Translations under genes and position numbers: made by a program | The notes under the pieces: model-generated | Seen by the model: only the letters and a program-made list of their open reading frames with translations | Told to the model about the DNA's origin: nothing | The model's database searches: none | Source of the DNA: Bacillota bacterium | GTDB lineage: Bacteria > Bacillota > Clostridia > Christensenellales > CAG-138 | Length of the DNA: 64,000 bases | Assembly: GCA_023459335.1 (NCBI GenBank) | Contig: JAEWUO010000012.1 | Span: forward strand, 106-64,105 | Reading direction: 5' to 3' | Shown here: one piece after another, positions 63,401-64,000 of the stretch | How positions within the stretch are numbered: the stretch's first letter is position 1 | How the letters are laid out: each line of letters starts with the position of its first letter

Positions 63401-64000
63401 ATGATAAATAAATATTATATAAGAGTTTGTTCAGAGCCGACATTATTTGAGTCTTTGGCGGCCGCCTTAATAAGGATATCGGGGACTGGGCGGCCGCAAA
63501 TAATACCAGTAATTACAGATACTGTAGAAGCTTTAAAACTAAAAAAAGAAGATTGTTATATAGAACTCTCATCCTCTGGTGTAAATTATAAAAATATATT
63601 TACAATAAAAACAATATTATCAGAAGTATATTCGATAATGTTAGATTTAGGTTCTGATATAAATTATAATATCTTAAATATAATTCAAAAAGTAGAGGAG
63701 AAAAAATTAGAAGGACTTGAAACAAGGTTTAAAAATTTTTGTAAATGCAAAAGAATGAGAACTCGTGATTTCGATGTATTTTTTAATCAATTAATTGATT
63801 TTGGAGAATGTATTCTACTAGAGCAATTAGAATTGTGTGTCCTAACTGATTGTTTTAAGGAGAAGATTAGTAAAGAGATAGAGAAAAACCTAGATGAGAA
63901 TTACGTTTTTTTTGATACATATATATCATTAGAATTAATAACTGAGGAATTAAAGAGATTTTCTAATTCTCTTATTCGATTTATTATTCTAAAAGTTGAG
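63401..64000 (+). CDS. hypothetical protein, partial (runs off the window end)
   Basis: By my own translation the frame is open for 200 codons from ATG 63401 to the window end. It is absent from the ORF track because there is no stop. Confidence 0.45.
   Translation, partial: MINKYYIRVCSEPTLFESLAAALIRISGTGRPQIIPVITDTVEALKLKKEDCYIELSSSGVNYKNIFTIKTILSEVYSIMLDLGSDINYNILNIIQKVEEKKLEGLETRFKNFCKCKRMRTRDFDVFFNQLIDFGECILLEQLELCVLTDCFKEKISKEIEKNLDENYVFFDTYISLELITEELKRFSNSLIRFIILKVE

Noticed and set aside
6720-63497. NotI (GCGGCCGC) sites as cloning-vector or linker artefacts.
   Set aside because: The sites are embedded in-frame in conserved protein motifs (for example the GyrA-like active site EAAARYTK and the DnaB region GGRKGK). 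They also occur in native-looking promoter spacers and form part of a much broader GCSGC enrichment. An artefact cannot be fully excluded without raw reads.

Overview
AT-rich (about 30% GC by eye) segment of a large virulent-type phage of a low-GC Firmicute. A Clostridia-like host is suggested by a ChW-repeat amidase, a dockerin-like loop and sigma-A type promoters. Two divergent arms meet at about 27.0-27.5 kb. The minus-strand arm carries late and lysis genes (tail fibres, holin, amidase), then a replication module (UvrD-like, Sak4-like ATPase, PIN-PhoH, DnaB-like, primase, RecJ-like, DnaE-like). The plus-strand arm carries early/middle genes (kinase, MTase, DNA ligase, anaerobic RNR NrdH/D/G plus an FTR-like protein, macro domain, type IIA topoisomerase, SLT, vWA protein, RNA ligase, Thg1-like, radical SAM, NMNAT-like) and a tRNA cluster of 9-10 genes. 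The most striking property is dense colonisation by self-splicing elements. There are 8 predicted group I introns (DnaE-like, PhoH, a lysis-cassette gene, nrdD x3, gyrB-like x2), an ORF-filled intervening sequence in tRNA-Asn, and 3 inteins, two of them with class-3 signatures at helicase P-loops. Their cargo ORFs are GIY-YIG, HNH-AP2, LAGLIDADG, PD-(D/E)XK and TnpB (an IStron-type element). Other notable signals are 32 near-identical promoters with an invariant 17-bp spacer, strong over-representation of GCGGCCGC(AAR) and GCSGC motifs, atypical tRNAs, and several small repeat or hairpin families. All splice and intein junctions are predictions from sequence and family consensus, not from any search.
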